Assembly (NCBI GenBank): GCA_035502475.1
Contig: DATJUJ010000036.1
Span: 66,357-130,356 of the forward strand
DNA length: 64,000 nt
From: Thermoplasmata archaeon
Lineage (GTDB): Archaea; Thermoplasmatota; Thermoplasmata; Lutacidiplasmatales; UBA184
Direction of reading: 5' to 3'
Program-made: the position numbers and the translations under genes
The notes under the pieces: generated by a model
What the model was told of the DNA's origin: nothing
The model's input: only the letters and a program-made list of their open reading frames with translations
The model's database searches: none
Part shown: piece after piece, positions 27,089 to 36,632 of the stretch
How the letters are laid out: each line of letters begins with the position of its first letter
How positions within the stretch are numbered: the stretch's first letter is position 1

Positions 27089-28452
27089 CGGAACCCCCGC
27101 TCGAGGATCGAGACCGTCACGGCGGAGCCCGTGCCCGCGTGGCTGTGGATCGCGCCGCGCTTGGGGTCCTTCAACTGGAGCGCGGGGTCCCCGAAGTGCT
27201 TCGCGATCGTGCCCTGGAGCTGCCAGAAGGCGAAGACGCCCTGCATGAGGCCGGTCGCCCCCACCGGGTGACCGCAGGCGATGAGCCCGCCGGACGGGTT
27301 CACCGGGATCGCGCCCGCGTTCGGGGTCGGGAACCCGTAGTCGATCCCCTTCAGGAACGGGTCGCCCCGCTCGGTGAAGCCGTAGCCCTCGCCGTAGCGG
27401 CAGAGCCCCAGGTCCTCGTACGTCTGGATCTCGCTCGACGCGTAGGCGTCGTGGAGCTCGATGAAGTCGAGGTCCCGGTTCGGGTTCGTGATCCCCGCGT
27501 GCCGGTACGCCTCGATCCCCGCGGCCCGACCCGCCCGGAACGAGTGGACGCCGGGGTACGGGAGGTCCTCGTAGTCCTTCGCCTTCTCGTGCGGGAGCAG
27601 CGGCACCTTGCCGAACGGCCGGTCGGCGAGCCGCATCGTGTCGGTGCCCGTGCCGACGCCGATCACGCGGACCGGCCGGTCGGTGAACTCCTTGGCCCGC
27701 TCCTCGTCGCACATCACGACCACGGCCGCGCCGTCGCTCATCGTGCAGATCTGCTCGCGGGTCAGCGGGTAGCTGATCATCTCCGAGCGCAGGACGTCCT
27801 CGACCGTCAGCCGCTTCGGGTACTGCGCGTACGGGTTGTGGAGCGCGTTGCGGTGGTTCTTCACCGAGACGAGGCTCATGATGCGCGAGCCTTCGGCGAT
27901 GGCGAGCCGCTGGGCCTCGCGCTCGTCCTTCACGTGGGCGAACTTCTGGAGCCGCAGGTACTCGTAGATGTGCCGGATGACCATCAAGGCATAGTAGCCC
28001 GTGTAGAAGCCGCCGAGCGGGAAGTCGAAGTTCGTGTCGGAGGCGAGCGCGATGAACTCGTTGCCCTTCCACGTCGCCACCCGGCTCATGGTCTCGAAGC
28101 CGGCCGCGAGGCAGACGTCCATCCGGCCGCTCGCGACCGCCTCGTAGGCGGCCTGGAAGCACTCGCCGCCGGTTGCGCCGCCCCACTCGATGCGGACCGA
28201 TCCCTTCGGGTTCATCCCGAGGTAGTCCTGCACCATGCTCGCGGCCTTCAGCTGGCGGGTGAAGTGGTCGGAGAAGTAGGAGATGCGCGTGCCGTCGATC
28301 CGGTCGGCCGTGAGCTCCGGGATGTCCTTGAGCGCGTAGTCGTACGCGCGCTTCACCATCAGGCGGAAGTCCATCGAGGGGTGGGCCTTCGCGAACTTCG
28401 TGACGCCGCCGGTGACCATGTACACCCGACGGCCCTTCGACGGGGGCGTCAC
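27085..28452 (-). CDS. Thiolase-fold (SCP-x/Ltp-like) protein; the canonical nucleophilic Cys appears replaced
   Basis: Motifs VYMVTGGVTKFAK, RIEWGGATGGECFQAAYEAVASG, NPSGGLIACGHPVGATG. Start uncertain: GTG 28452 chosen, with in-frame ATG 28419 and GTG 28521 as alternatives. The rest of track ORF 27085..28752 runs into the argF promoter. Confidence 0.75.
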   Translation of the reverse strand: MTPPSKGRRVYMVTGGVTKFAKAHPSMDFRLMVKRAYDYALKDIPELTADRIDGTRISYFSDHFTRQLKAASMVQDYLGMNPKGSVRIEWGGATGGECFQAAYEAVASGRMDVCLAAGFETMSRVATWKGNEFIALASDTNFDFPLGGFYTGYYALMVIRHIYEYLRLQKFAHVKDEREAQRLAIAEGSRIMSLVSVKNHRNALHNPYAQYPKRLTVEDVLRSEMISYPLTREQICTMSDGAAVVVMCDEERAKEFTDRPVRVIGVGTGTDTMRLADRPFGKVPLLPHEKAKDYEDLPYPGVHSFRAGRAAGIEAYRHAGITNPNRDLDFIELHDAYASSEIQTYEDLGLCRYGEGYGFTERGDPFLKGIDYGFPTPNAGAIPVNPSGGLIACGHPVGATGLMQGVFAFWQLQGTIAKHFGDPALQLKDPKRGAIHSHAGTGSAVTVSILERGFR

Positions 28453-28583
28453 CGAGCGCGGGCGGGCCGTCGGTCGGCGGGCGGGGGTCCCCTTCGAGCG
28501 AGCCTTGGGGCGTGCGGGCACGGAAAAACCTCGCGCCCCCAATTCGGTCCGGCTCTTAAGCGTCGGCGACGCGCGAGGGAACC

Positions 28584-28590
28584 GTTTAAC
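28584..28590 (+). promoter_or_regulatory. TATA-like box for the OTCase gene
   Basis: GTTTAAC lies about 26 nt upstream of ATG 28613, suggesting a leaderless mRNA. Confidence 0.4.
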
Positions 28591-28612
28591 CCGAGGGCGC
28601 GGTGCGCACGCG

Positions 28613-29560
28613 ATGGCCTCCGCGCCCGCCCCCAAGGACTTCCTCTCGATCCGCGACCTCGCCGGTGAGATGGACGCGCTGCTCGCGCACGCGGCCCGCT
28701 TGAAGTCGGAGCGTCGCCGGGGGGTGCTCGCGCGCACCCTGGCGGGCCGCAACCTCGCGATGATCTTCGAGAAGTCGTCGACCCGGACCCGGACGTCGTT
28801 CGAGGTGGCGATGAACGACCTGGGAGGCCACGCGCTCTACCTCTCGACCCGCGATCTCCAGTTGGGCCGGGGCGAGACGATCCCGGACACGGCCCGGGTC
28901 CTCTCGCGGTTCGTCGACGCGATCTGCTACCGGGCGTTCCGCCACGGGGACATGGAGGAGCTCGCCCGCTGGTCGACGATCCCGGTGATCAATGCGCTCG
29001 ACGACCTCGAGCATCCGTGCCAGGTCGTGGCGGACCTCCTCACGATGCGCGAGCGCTGGCCGACGGGCTTCCGCGGCCATCGGCTCGGATGGGTCGGCGA
29101 CGGCAACAACGTGCTGCACTCCCTCCTCCTCGGGGCTGCGGCCGTCGGCCTCGACGTCACGGCCGCGACCCCGGCGGCGTACCGGCCCCGCGCCGAGATC
29201 GTGCAGGCCGCCGAGACGCTCGCTCGAGGGTCCGGCGCGCACCTCCGCTTCACCGAGGACCCCCGGGAGGCCGCCCGCGACGCCGACGCGCTCTACACCG
29301 ACGTCTGGGTGTCGATGGGCGACGAGGCCGAGGAAGCGGCCCGGCTCGCCGCCTTTCGGGACTTCCAGATCAACGACGCCCTCCTGGGGCTCGCGAAACG
29401 CGAGGCGTTCGTGCTCCACGACCTCCCGGCCCACCGGGGCCAGGAGATCACCGACGCCGTCCTCGACGGGCCGCGCGCGGCCGCCTGGGACCAGGCGGAG
29501 AACCGCCTCCACGCCCAGAAGGCGATCCTCGAGCGGCTGGTCCGGCCCGGCGGAACCTAG
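28613..29560 (+). CDS. argF: Ornithine carbamoyltransferase-family transcarbamylase (HCLP motif reads HDLP)
   Basis: ATG 28613 in frame in track ORF 28400..29560. Motifs FEKSSTRTRTSFE, HPCQVVADL, DVWVSMGDE, VLHDLPAHRGQE. Confidence 0.85.
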   Translation: MASAPAPKDFLSIRDLAGEMDALLAHAARLKSERRRGVLARTLAGRNLAMIFEKSSTRTRTSFEVAMNDLGGHALYLSTRDLQLGRGETIPDTARVLSRFVDAICYRAFRHGDMEELARWSTIPVINALDDLEHPCQVVADLLTMRERWPTGFRGHRLGWVGDGNNVLHSLLLGAAAVGLDVTAATPAAYRPRAEIVQAAETLARGSGAHLRFTEDPREAARDADALYTDVWVSMGDEAEEAARLAAFRDFQINDALLGLAKREAFVLHDLPAHRGQEITDAVLDGPRAAAWDQAENRLHAQKAILERLVRPGGT

Positions 29561-29580
29561 GGCCGGGCACGCCCCGGTCG

Positions 29581-30030
29581 CTACCCGGGGCCGGGCTCCG
29601 GGTCCGCGCGCAATCGCACCTTGAGCAGTTGCTCGAGCTTGCGGACGAGCGCATCCGGAGGGCGGAACGCGCCCGCCTCGATCTTGAGGACGACCGACTT
29701 CTTCTCGTTGAGCTTCTTGCCGAGGTCCTCGGGAGTCCAGGCGTGCCCCTCGCGGGCCTGCCGGACCCGCTTCGCCCAGTCCGGGGCGAGCTCCATCTCT
29801 CCAATCTCCGTGTACAGGTCGCGCTCCTCCATCCGTCGCGGTCGCGGCGCGGCCCGTGTGGCCCCCGCCGGGACCGGCCGCCGGCTCGGCCCGCCTTCGG
29901 CGGGGGCCGCCGGCGGCGGGTCGAGGAGCTGACCGAACCTCGCACAATCGGGGCAGACGGACAGCACCGAGCCCTCGACCTTCGCGCGCGCGGTCGACGC
30001 CACGTCCTTCCCACACATCTCGCACAGCAT
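29581..30030 (-). CDS. mbf1: Archaeal multiprotein bridging factor 1 (zinc ribbon plus Cro/C1-type HTH)
   Basis: N-terminal CEMCGKDV..CPDCARFG ribbon, then the C-terminal HTH RVRQAREGHAWTPEDLGKKLNEKKSVVLKIEAG. Confidence 0.85.
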   Translation of the reverse strand: MLCEMCGKDVASTARAKVEGSVLSVCPDCARFGQLLDPPPAAPAEGGPSRRPVPAGATRAAPRPRRMEERDLYTEIGEMELAPDWAKRVRQAREGHAWTPEDLGKKLNEKKSVVLKIEAGAFRPPDALVRKLEQLLKVRLRADPEPGPG

Positions 30031-30039
30031 GTTCTTCCC

Positions 30040-30525
30040 TCAGGATCGTTCGGGCGGTCGGGTCCGCCGGCGCTGTTCCATGCGCCCCCGGCCCTCGCCG
30101 AACCGGGCCCGCTCCTCGTCGGATTCCAGGACGAGCGGCGGGACGCCCGTCGGCCGGCCGTCCCCATCGATCGCGACCATGGTCACGAACGCCTGGGCCA
30201 CGTGGCGGGCCGGTCCCCCGTGGACCTGCTCCGCGCGGACCCGCACGGCGACCTCCATCGACGAGCGACCGACGAACGTGAGCGCCGCTTCGAAGTCGAG
30301 GACCTCGCCGACGTGCACGGGGGCCAGGAAGTCGACCCGGTCGAACGAGGCCGTGACACAGGTCCCCTTCGCGTGCCGGCTCGCGGTGATGTACGCGACC
30401 CGATCGATCTCTTCCAGGATCGAGCCCCCGAACACGTTGCCGCTGAAGTTCGCGTCGGTCGGCACCATGAGGCGGACGACCGACGCGCGGCTCGCGCGCA
30501 CGGTACCCGCAGGGACGTTGGCCAC
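30040..30525 (-). CDS. Acyl-CoA thioesterase (hotdog fold, YciA/4HBT-like)
   Basis: 161-aa ORF. Motifs MVPTDANFSGNVFGGSILEEIDRVAYI, SFDRVDFLAPVHVGEVL. Confidence 0.8.
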   Translation of the reverse strand: MANVPAGTVRASRASVVRLMVPTDANFSGNVFGGSILEEIDRVAYITASRHAKGTCVTASFDRVDFLAPVHVGEVLDFEAALTFVGRSSMEVAVRVRAEQVHGGPARHVAQAFVTMVAIDGDGRPTGVPPLVLESDEERARFGEGRGRMEQRRRTRPPERS

Positions 30526-30687
30526 GAGCTAACCCTCGGAGGGGGACGGGGGACCGAGCGGACCGTCCGCTAAAGCGGTTGCCCGGCGTCGGGGCCCCGC
30601 GGCCGGCGCCGCGGCCTCTCTCGGCGGAGCGGCGGCCAAACCCCTAAATAGGGGCACCTTTTGGCCGCGCCCGGAGCCCGTTAGGAA

Positions 30688-31965
30688 ATGGCGCAGAAGC
30701 CCCACCTCAACATCGTGTTCATCGGCCACGTGGACCACGGCAAGTCGACGACCGTCGGCCGCCTGCTCCTCGATACCGGCTACATCCGCCAGGAGGAGAT
30801 CGACAAGTTCCGGGCCGAGGCCGAGTCGAAGGGCAAGGCGACGTTCGAGTTCGCCTGGGTGATGGACGACCTCAAGGAGGAGCGCGAGCGCGGCGTCACG
30901 ATCGACATCGCACACCGCCGCTTTGACACCCAGAAGTACTACTTCACCATCATCGACGCGCCCGGCCACCGCGACTTCGTCAAGAACATGATCACGGGCA
31001 CGAGCCAGGCCGATGCGGCCGTCCTCGTCTGCTCCGCGGCCGAGGGGATCCAGGAGCAGACGCGGGAGCACATCTTCCTCTCGCGGACGCTCGGCGTCAC
31101 GCAGCTCATCTGCGCCATCAACAAGATGGACCGGCAGGAGGTCAACTACTCCGAGAAGAAGTTCGAGGAGCTCAAGGAGGAGCTCACGAAGCTCCTCAAG
31201 AACGTCGGCTACAAGGTCGCCGAGCAGGTGGTCTTTGTGCCGATCTCGGCGTTCAAGGACGACAACATCAACAAGCCGAGCCCCAACATGGCCTGGTACA
31301 AGGGGCCCACCCTCCTCCAGGCGCTCGACAACCTCAAGGTCCCCGAGAAGCCGACGGAGAAGCCGCTCCGGCTCCCGATCCAGGACGTCTACACGATCAC
31401 CGGGATCGGCACGGTGCCCGTCGGGCGCGTGGAGACGGGGAAGCTCAAGGTCGGGGACAAGATCATCTTCCTGCCCAGCGGGAAGTCGGGCGAGGTCAAG
31501 TCGATCGAGATGCACCACGAGGCCGTCCAGGAGGCGATCCCGGGCGACAACGTGGGCTTCAACGTCCGCGGCATCGACAAGAACGACATCCGGCGCGGCG
31601 ACGTCGCGGGCCCGGTCTCGAACCCCCCGACCGTGGTCGAGAGCTTCACCGCGAACATCCAGGTCCTGAACCACCCCAGCGTGATCACCGTCGGCTACAC
31701 ACCGGTGTTCCACTGCCACACGGCGCAGGTCGCCTGCGAGTTCACCGAGCTCCTGAAGCGCCTCGACCCGAAGACGGGCCAGACCGCGGAAGAGAACCCC
31801 CAGACCCTGAAGACGGGGGACGCCGCCGTCGTCCGCATCACCCCGAAGCGCCCCCTCGCGCTCGAGAAGTACAAGGAGTTCCCCCAGCTCGGCCGGTTCG
31901 CGGTCCGCGACATGGGCCAGACGGTCGCCGCCGGCGTCGTCGTCGACGTCAAGAAGCGCGAGTAG
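30688..31965 (+). CDS. tuf: Translation elongation factor aEF-1 alpha
   Basis: 425-aa ORF. Motifs [27 protein letters not shown]. Confidence 0.97.
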   Translation: MAQKPHLNIVFIGHVDHGKSTTVGRLLLDTGYIRQEEIDKFRAEAESKGKATFEFAWVMDDLKEERERGVTIDIAHRRFDTQKYYFTIIDAPGHRDFVKNMITGTSQADAAVLVCSAAEGIQEQTREHIFLSRTLGVTQLICAINKMDRQEVNYSEKKFEELKEELTKLLKNVGYKVAEQVVFVPISAFKDDNINKPSPNMAWYKGPTLLQALDNLKVPEKPTEKPLRLPIQDVYTITGIGTVPVGRVETGKLKVGDKIIFLPSGKSGEVKSIEMHHEAVQEAIPGDNVGFNVRGIDKNDIRRGDVAGPVSNPPTVVESFTANIQVLNHPSVITVGYTPVFHCHTAQVACEFTELLKRLDPKTGQTAEENPQTLKTGDAAVVRITPKRPLALEKYKEFPQLGRFAVRDMGQTVAAGVVVDVKKRE

Positions 31966-32007
31966 GCGTTCCGCGGGTCGGGGACGGCGCTCGGGGAGGG
32001 ACTATCG

Positions 32008-32319
32008 ATGCCGCAGAAGGCTCGGATCTCGCTCTCGGGCACCGACTCCCAGAAGGTCGACTCGATCTGCCGACAGATCCGCGACATCTCGCAGAAGACC
32101 GGCGTCGCGATCGCCGGTCCGATCCCGCTCCCGACGAAGAAGCTCAAGGTCCCGGTCCGCAAGGGCCCCGACGGCGGGGGCACGAGCACGATCGACCACT
32201 GGGAGATGCGGATCCACAAGCGCCTCATCGACATCGATGCCGACGAGCGGGCGCTCCGTCAGGTGATGCGGATCCAGGTCCCGGACGGGGTCAACATCGA
32301 GATCGTCCTCACCGGGTAG
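32008..32319 (+). CDS. rps10: 30S ribosomal protein S10 (uS10)
   Basis: 103-aa ORF directly after tuf. Contains ARISLSG.D....D..C..I........GPIPLPTKK and HKRLIDI. Confidence 0.93.
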   Translation: MPQKARISLSGTDSQKVDSICRQIRDISQKTGVAIAGPIPLPTKKLKVPVRKGPDGGGTSTIDHWEMRIHKRLIDIDADERALRQVMRIQVPDGVNIEIVLTG

Positions 32320-32323
32320 GCGC

Positions 32324-32950
32324 GTGTTCGCCCCGGGCGCGGGCCGGCCGCTCGCCGCGGTCGCCGTCGTCCTCGGGCTCGTCGTGGGCCTCGTGGGGAC
32401 GGGCGTCGTCCCGTTCTCGTTCGCCGCCGTCGCCGCGCTCGCGGTCGCGGCCGCCCTCTGGGGGTTCTTCGCGACGTTCTTCCGCGATCCCGACCGGACC
32501 CCTGGGCCCGGGATCGTCTCCGCGGCCGATGGCCGGGTGCGCGCGGTCGGGGTGGAGGGCGACCGGCTGCGGATCTCCGTGTTCATGAACGTCACCAACG
32601 TGCACGTGAACCGGTTCCCGCTCGACGCGACGGTCGACTCCGTTGACACCTCGGGCCAGGGCTTCCGGCCCGCCTACGCCGCCGACGCGGACCACAACGT
32701 CCAGCGGCGCTACCTCCTCCGCACGGCCCTCGGGCCGGTCGAGGTCGTGCAGATGACCGGGATCGTGGCCCGCCGGCTGGTCTCGTTCGTCCGACCGGGG
32801 GCGACCGGCCGCAAGGGCGACCGGATCGGGATGATCGTGCTGGGCTCGCGCGTGGACGTGCTGCTCCCCGCTGCCCGGGCGGAGGCCGCGGTCGCCGTCG
32901 GGGACCGCGTGCACGCGGGTGAGACGACGATCGCCCGGGAGCGCGCGTGA
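32324..32950 (+). CDS. psd: Archaetidylserine (phosphatidylserine) decarboxylase proenzyme, short type
   Basis: 208-aa ORF. N-terminal TM segments, then FFRDPDR, NVHVNRFP and the self-cleavage-type LGSRVD motif. Confidence 0.8.
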   Translation: MFAPGAGRPLAAVAVVLGLVVGLVGTGVVPFSFAAVAALAVAAALWGFFATFFRDPDRTPGPGIVSAADGRVRAVGVEGDRLRISVFMNVTNVHVNRFPLDATVDSVDTSGQGFRPAYAADADHNVQRRYLLRTALGPVEVVQMTGIVARRLVSFVRPGATGRKGDRIGMIVLGSRVDVLLPAARAEAAVAVGDRVHAGETTIARERA

Positions 32951-33693
32951 CCGATCGCTGGCGCATCGGCGCCAACCTCGCCACGCTCGGCAACGGGCTC
33001 CTCGGGGTCGGCGCGATCGCCTACACGCTCGCCGGCAACCCGATCTGGGCGATGCTGCTCCTCGTGTGCGCGATCGCGTTCGACGGGCTCGATGGCCTCC
33101 TTTCCCGACGCAGCACGATCGCTTCGGGCCTCTTCGGCCGGGTCGCCGACTCCGTGGCCGACGGGATCTCCTACGGCCTCGCTCCCGCCGTCCTCGTGGC
33201 CGTTCACGGGCCAGGGGGCCCGTGGTCCGCGTGGACCCCGTTCGTCGTCGCGGTCGCCGCCTTCTACGCGGCCGCCACCTTCGCCCGGCTCGTCTACTTC
33301 ACGGTGAGCGCCCACGAGCACCCGTACTTCCTCGGCGTCCCCTCGCCCCAGGCGGCGCTCGCGGTGATCGTCGCCCTCCTGTTCCACGACGTCCCGGCGT
33401 TCCAGTCGGTGCAGCCGATCGGCGTCCTGGTCGGCGTGACCGTCATCGCGCTCCTCATGGTCGTGCCGATCCCGTACCCCAAGATCCGCCGCGGGTCGCC
33501 GCTGCGGATCCCGATGGCCGTGACCGCCGCCGCCGCGGTGCTCACGCTCGTCCCGCTGCAGTTCCGCCCGGCGCCCGGCAGCGGGCTCTACGAGCTCGCC
33601 TACGGGGCGGCGTTCGTCCTGTTCGCCGGGGTGGCGAGCTACTATCTCCTCGGACCGTTCACGGTCCGCCGTGACGCGCCGCACGCCGCCTAG
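32947..33693 (+). CDS. pssA: CDP-alcohol phosphatidyltransferase (archaetidylserine synthase-like)
   Basis: Signature D-G-x2-S/A-R-x8-G-x3-D-x3-D, seen as FDGLDGLLSRRSTIASGLFGRVADSVADGIS. Polytopic membrane protein. GTGA overlap with psd. Confidence 0.85.
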   Translation: MTDRWRIGANLATLGNGLLGVGAIAYTLAGNPIWAMLLLVCAIAFDGLDGLLSRRSTIASGLFGRVADSVADGISYGLAPAVLVAVHGPGGPWSAWTPFVVAVAAFYAAATFARLVYFTVSAHEHPYFLGVPSPQAALAVIVALLFHDVPAFQSVQPIGVLVGVTVIALLMVVPIPYPKIRRGSPLRIPMAVTAAAAVLTLVPLQFRPAPGSGLYELAYGAAFVLFAGVASYYLLGPFTVRRDAPHAA

Positions 33694-34138
33694 CGCGTCC
33701 GATCGCCCCGCGCTCTCCGCCCGCGAGACGCTCCTGTTCGAGGCCGGCATCAAGCTCGGCGGGGTGTTCCACCAGTACCTCGGGATGCCCGTGTCGGCTG
33801 AGACGGCCCCCGGCCTCGCCCGCACGATCGAGCGGGCGATCGGCCTGCAGCCGTACGTCGCCCGCGTCCGGGTCGGGATCGATCCCGCGGCGGGTGGCCC
33901 TCTCGGGCGGGGCCGGTTCGGCTACCGCTACCTCTCGCCGCCGATGCTGGATGTGACGGTCGAGCTCGCGGACCGGGGGACGCGCGTGGTCGCGCGGCTC
34001 GCCCACGAGCCCGCGCTCCGCTATCCGCTCATGCGGGTCGAGGCCGTGCGGCCCGCCGCGGCCCGGGCTACGGGCGCTCGGCGATCGGCACGTAGCGGAG
34101 GTCGGTCGCGCCGACGTACTTCGCGGTCGGCCGGATGA
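33671..34138 (+). CDS. MptD-like (archaeal dihydroneopterin aldolase family) protein
   Basis: LLFEAGIKLGGVFHQYLGMPVS..LQPYV..YPLMRVE resembles the archaeal DHNA/MptD family as I recall it. The basic C-terminal tail overlaps the convergent citrate synthase gene. Confidence 0.5.
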   Translation: MTRRTPPSASDRPALSARETLLFEAGIKLGGVFHQYLGMPVSAETAPGLARTIERAIGLQPYVARVRVGIDPAAGGPLGRGRFGYRYLSPPMLDVTVELADRGTRVVARLAHEPALRYPLMRVEAVRPAAARATGARRSARSGGRSRRRTSRSAG

Positions 34139-35198
34139 GTCGAAGGTCCTGGTACTCCTCGAGCACGTGCGCCGTCCACCCGGCGACCCGGCTCGCCGCG
34201 AAGATCGGGGTGAACAGATCGCGCGGGATGCCGAGGAGCGCGTAGACCGAGCCGGAGTAGAGGTCGACGTTGGGGTAAAGCCCCTTCTCGCGGTGGACGA
34301 CCTCCTCGAGCTTCTTCAAGAGCTCGAAGTAGCGGAGGTTCCCCTTCGCCTCCCCCAGCTTGCGGGACCACTCGCGCAGGATCGTCGCGCGCGGGTCCTC
34401 GACCTTGTAGACCCGGTGCCCGAAGCCCATGATCCGCTCGTGGCGGGAGAGCTTCCCCTTGACGACCTCCTCGACCAGGTCGACGGTCCCGATCTCCTCG
34501 AGGAGCTCCATGACCCGCTCGTTCGCCCCGCCGTGGAGCGGGCCCTTGAGCGTCCCGATCGCGCTCGTGACGGCGCTGTAAAGATCGCTCAGCGTCGACG
34601 CCGTGACCCGCGCGGCGAACGTCGACGCGTTGAGCTCGTGGTCGGCGTGGAGGATGAGCGCGACGTCGAGGGCTCGGGCCTCGAGCTCGGACGGCTCCCG
34701 GTTGAGGAGCGCGTAGAGGAGGTAGGCGGCCGCGGAGAGCTCCTTCCGCGGCTCGAGCGCCGGGAGGCCCGCCCGCCGCCGGTGAAAGCGCCCCAGGATC
34801 GTCGGGAGGACGGCGGTGAGCCGTTGCGCCCCGCCGATCGAGCTCGACCCGGGCTTCGTCTCGTCGGGCTCGAACAGCGCGAGCGCGCTCACCGTCGTCC
34901 GGAGCACGTCCATCGGGTGGACGGTCGTGGGGAACTCGTCGAGCATCCGGTCGATCGCCTCGGGGAGGGTGCGCAGCTGCACGAACCGCTGGGCGAGGTC
35001 GTCGAGCTGGGAGCGGTTCGGGAGCCGCCCGTACCAGAGCAGGTAGGCGACCTCCTCGAAGGTCGAGCGCGCCGCCAGGTCCCGGATGTCGTAGCCGTCG
35101 TAGAGGAGGCGGCCGCGCACCCCGTCGATGAAGCAGATCCGCGACTCGAGTGCGACGACGTCCTGGAGGCCCCGTTGTACTTCCGATGGCTCGACCAT
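34068..35198 (-). CDS. gltA: Citrate synthase
   Basis: 376-aa ORF. Motifs LLYDGYDIRDL, LILHADHELNAST, GPLHGGANE, GFGHRVYK. Confidence 0.93.
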   Translation of the reverse strand: MVEPSEVQRGLQDVVALESRICFIDGVRGRLLYDGYDIRDLAARSTFEEVAYLLWYGRLPNRSQLDDLAQRFVQLRTLPEAIDRMLDEFPTTVHPMDVLRTTVSALALFEPDETKPGSSSIGGAQRLTAVLPTILGRFHRRRAGLPALEPRKELSAAAYLLYALLNREPSELEARALDVALILHADHELNASTFAARVTASTLSDLYSAVTSAIGTLKGPLHGGANERVMELLEEIGTVDLVEEVVKGKLSRHERIMGFGHRVYKVEDPRATILREWSRKLGEAKGNLRYFELLKKLEEVVHREKGLYPNVDLYSGSVYALLGIPRDLFTPIFAASRVAGWTAHVLEEYQDLRLIRPTAKYVGATDLRYVPIAERP

Positions 35199-35231
35199 GG
35201 CGATCCGACGACCGGCCGAGCCGGTCCGCGG

Positions 35232-36632
35232 TTAATGGGTTTTCGTGGGCCCGCTCGATCCCGGCGGGCCGACGGGCGACTCCGGCCGCGGCGGCACGAC
35301 CTCGATCGGCGCGTGGCGTCGGCGGTACGCGACCGAGGCCGCGGTCCAGATCGGCACCGAGGCGAGGAGGGCACCGCCCGAGACCAGGAAGACGAGGCGG
35401 AAGCTCCCGACGAACGAGAGCACCCCCGAGAGGCCGGCGCCCGCGACGGCCGCGACGCCCCCGAGCGCGCTGCTGACGCCGAGGAGGCTGCCCGCCTCGC
35501 GGCCCTCCACGGCGCGGAACAGGAGGAGCGAGCTCGCGGTCGTGTAGACCGCGATCGCCCCACCGAGGACCGCGTACGCGATCATGTTCGCGTCGAGCGA
35601 GCCCGAGGCGGCGAACGCGGCAAAGGTGAATCCCGCCGTCGCGAGGTAGCCGAGGCTGCGCAGGTACGACGAGTAGCGGACGAGCCGGTCGGCCCCGAAC
35701 CGGGCCGAGAGCCCGCCCGTGAGCGGGAAGACAAGGGTCTGGGTGAAGTTGTTGGCGAAGTTGACGAGGAAGATCGACGACGCGGCGAGGCCGACCGAGT
35801 AGAGGTACGGCGTGTAGGAGATGTTGTAGAGGTTCGCCGAGAGGTTGAACAGGAACATCGCGGCCAGGATGAGCGGCAGCTCGTGGCGGAGCTCCTGACG
35901 GGCCCACGCCCGAAAGCGCCTCCACGGGTGCGGGCCGGGCCGGGGCCGGTGCGGAAAGAACGGGATCGAGATGCGGTAGGCGATGTTGACGCGGATCCGG
36001 GAGACGAGGCTCTCGGGGTGACGGGCGACCTGGCGGGTCGTGAGCGGCCGGTGGGCCTCCCGGATGCCGAACCACAGCGCGATCGCGCTCGCCCCGGCCA
36101 GCGCGGCCAGGACGTAGAGGAGGGAGATCAACGCGTCGTTCGCGAGCGTCCAGAAGTATCCGATGAGGAGCCCGGCGACCGAGCCGATCATCGTCATCTC
36201 CTGGAACGACGCGAACGCGGTCGCGCGCTCCGCTTCCGAGAACTTCTCCAGGATGAGCAGGTTCGAGGCGCTCGCGCCCGCCGGCGCGAGCAGCCCGATC
36301 CCGGTGTAGAGCGCGTAGAGCGCCGGCAACGAGTCGAGCCGGGAGAGGGCGAGGTAGAGGAGCGCGTAGCCGCCGTAGTTCACGACGAGGAACAGCCGCC
36401 GACCCGGGAACCGGTCGGCGAAGTGGCCCCAGGCGACCGAGGAGAGGATCACGGCGCTGTTGAACAGGGTGGCCGCGACCGCGACATCGGCCCACGACCC
36501 GTGGAGCGAGATCAAGATGAGGAGCGGGAGGACGACGCCGAAGCCCGCCGTCGCGGCGTTGATGGGGACGAACGCGAGCAGCCAGCTCCGCGCGACGAGC
36601 CGCGCCGGCCACGTGCGGAGCGAGACCGCCAT
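35232..36632 (-). CDS. MFS transporter
   Basis: 466-aa strongly hydrophobic ORF with about 12 TM helices and the GHFADRFPGRR motif-A-like loop. Confidence 0.8.
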   Translation of the reverse strand: MAVSLRTWPARLVARSWLLAFVPINAATAGFGVVLPLLILISLHGSWADVAVAATLFNSAVILSSVAWGHFADRFPGRRLFLVVNYGGYALLYLALSRLDSLPALYALYTGIGLLAPAGASASNLLILEKFSEAERATAFASFQEMTMIGSVAGLLIGYFWTLANDALISLLYVLAALAGASAIALWFGIREAHRPLTTRQVARHPESLVSRIRVNIAYRISIPFFPHRPRPGPHPWRRFRAWARQELRHELPLILAAMFLFNLSANLYNISYTPYLYSVGLAASSIFLVNFANNFTQTLVFPLTGGLSARFGADRLVRYSSYLRSLGYLATAGFTFAAFAASGSLDANMIAYAVLGGAIAVYTTASSLLLFRAVEGREAGSLLGVSSALGGVAAVAGAGLSGVLSFVGSFRLVFLVSGGALLASVPIWTAASVAYRRRHAPIEVVPPRPESPVGPPGSSGPTKTH

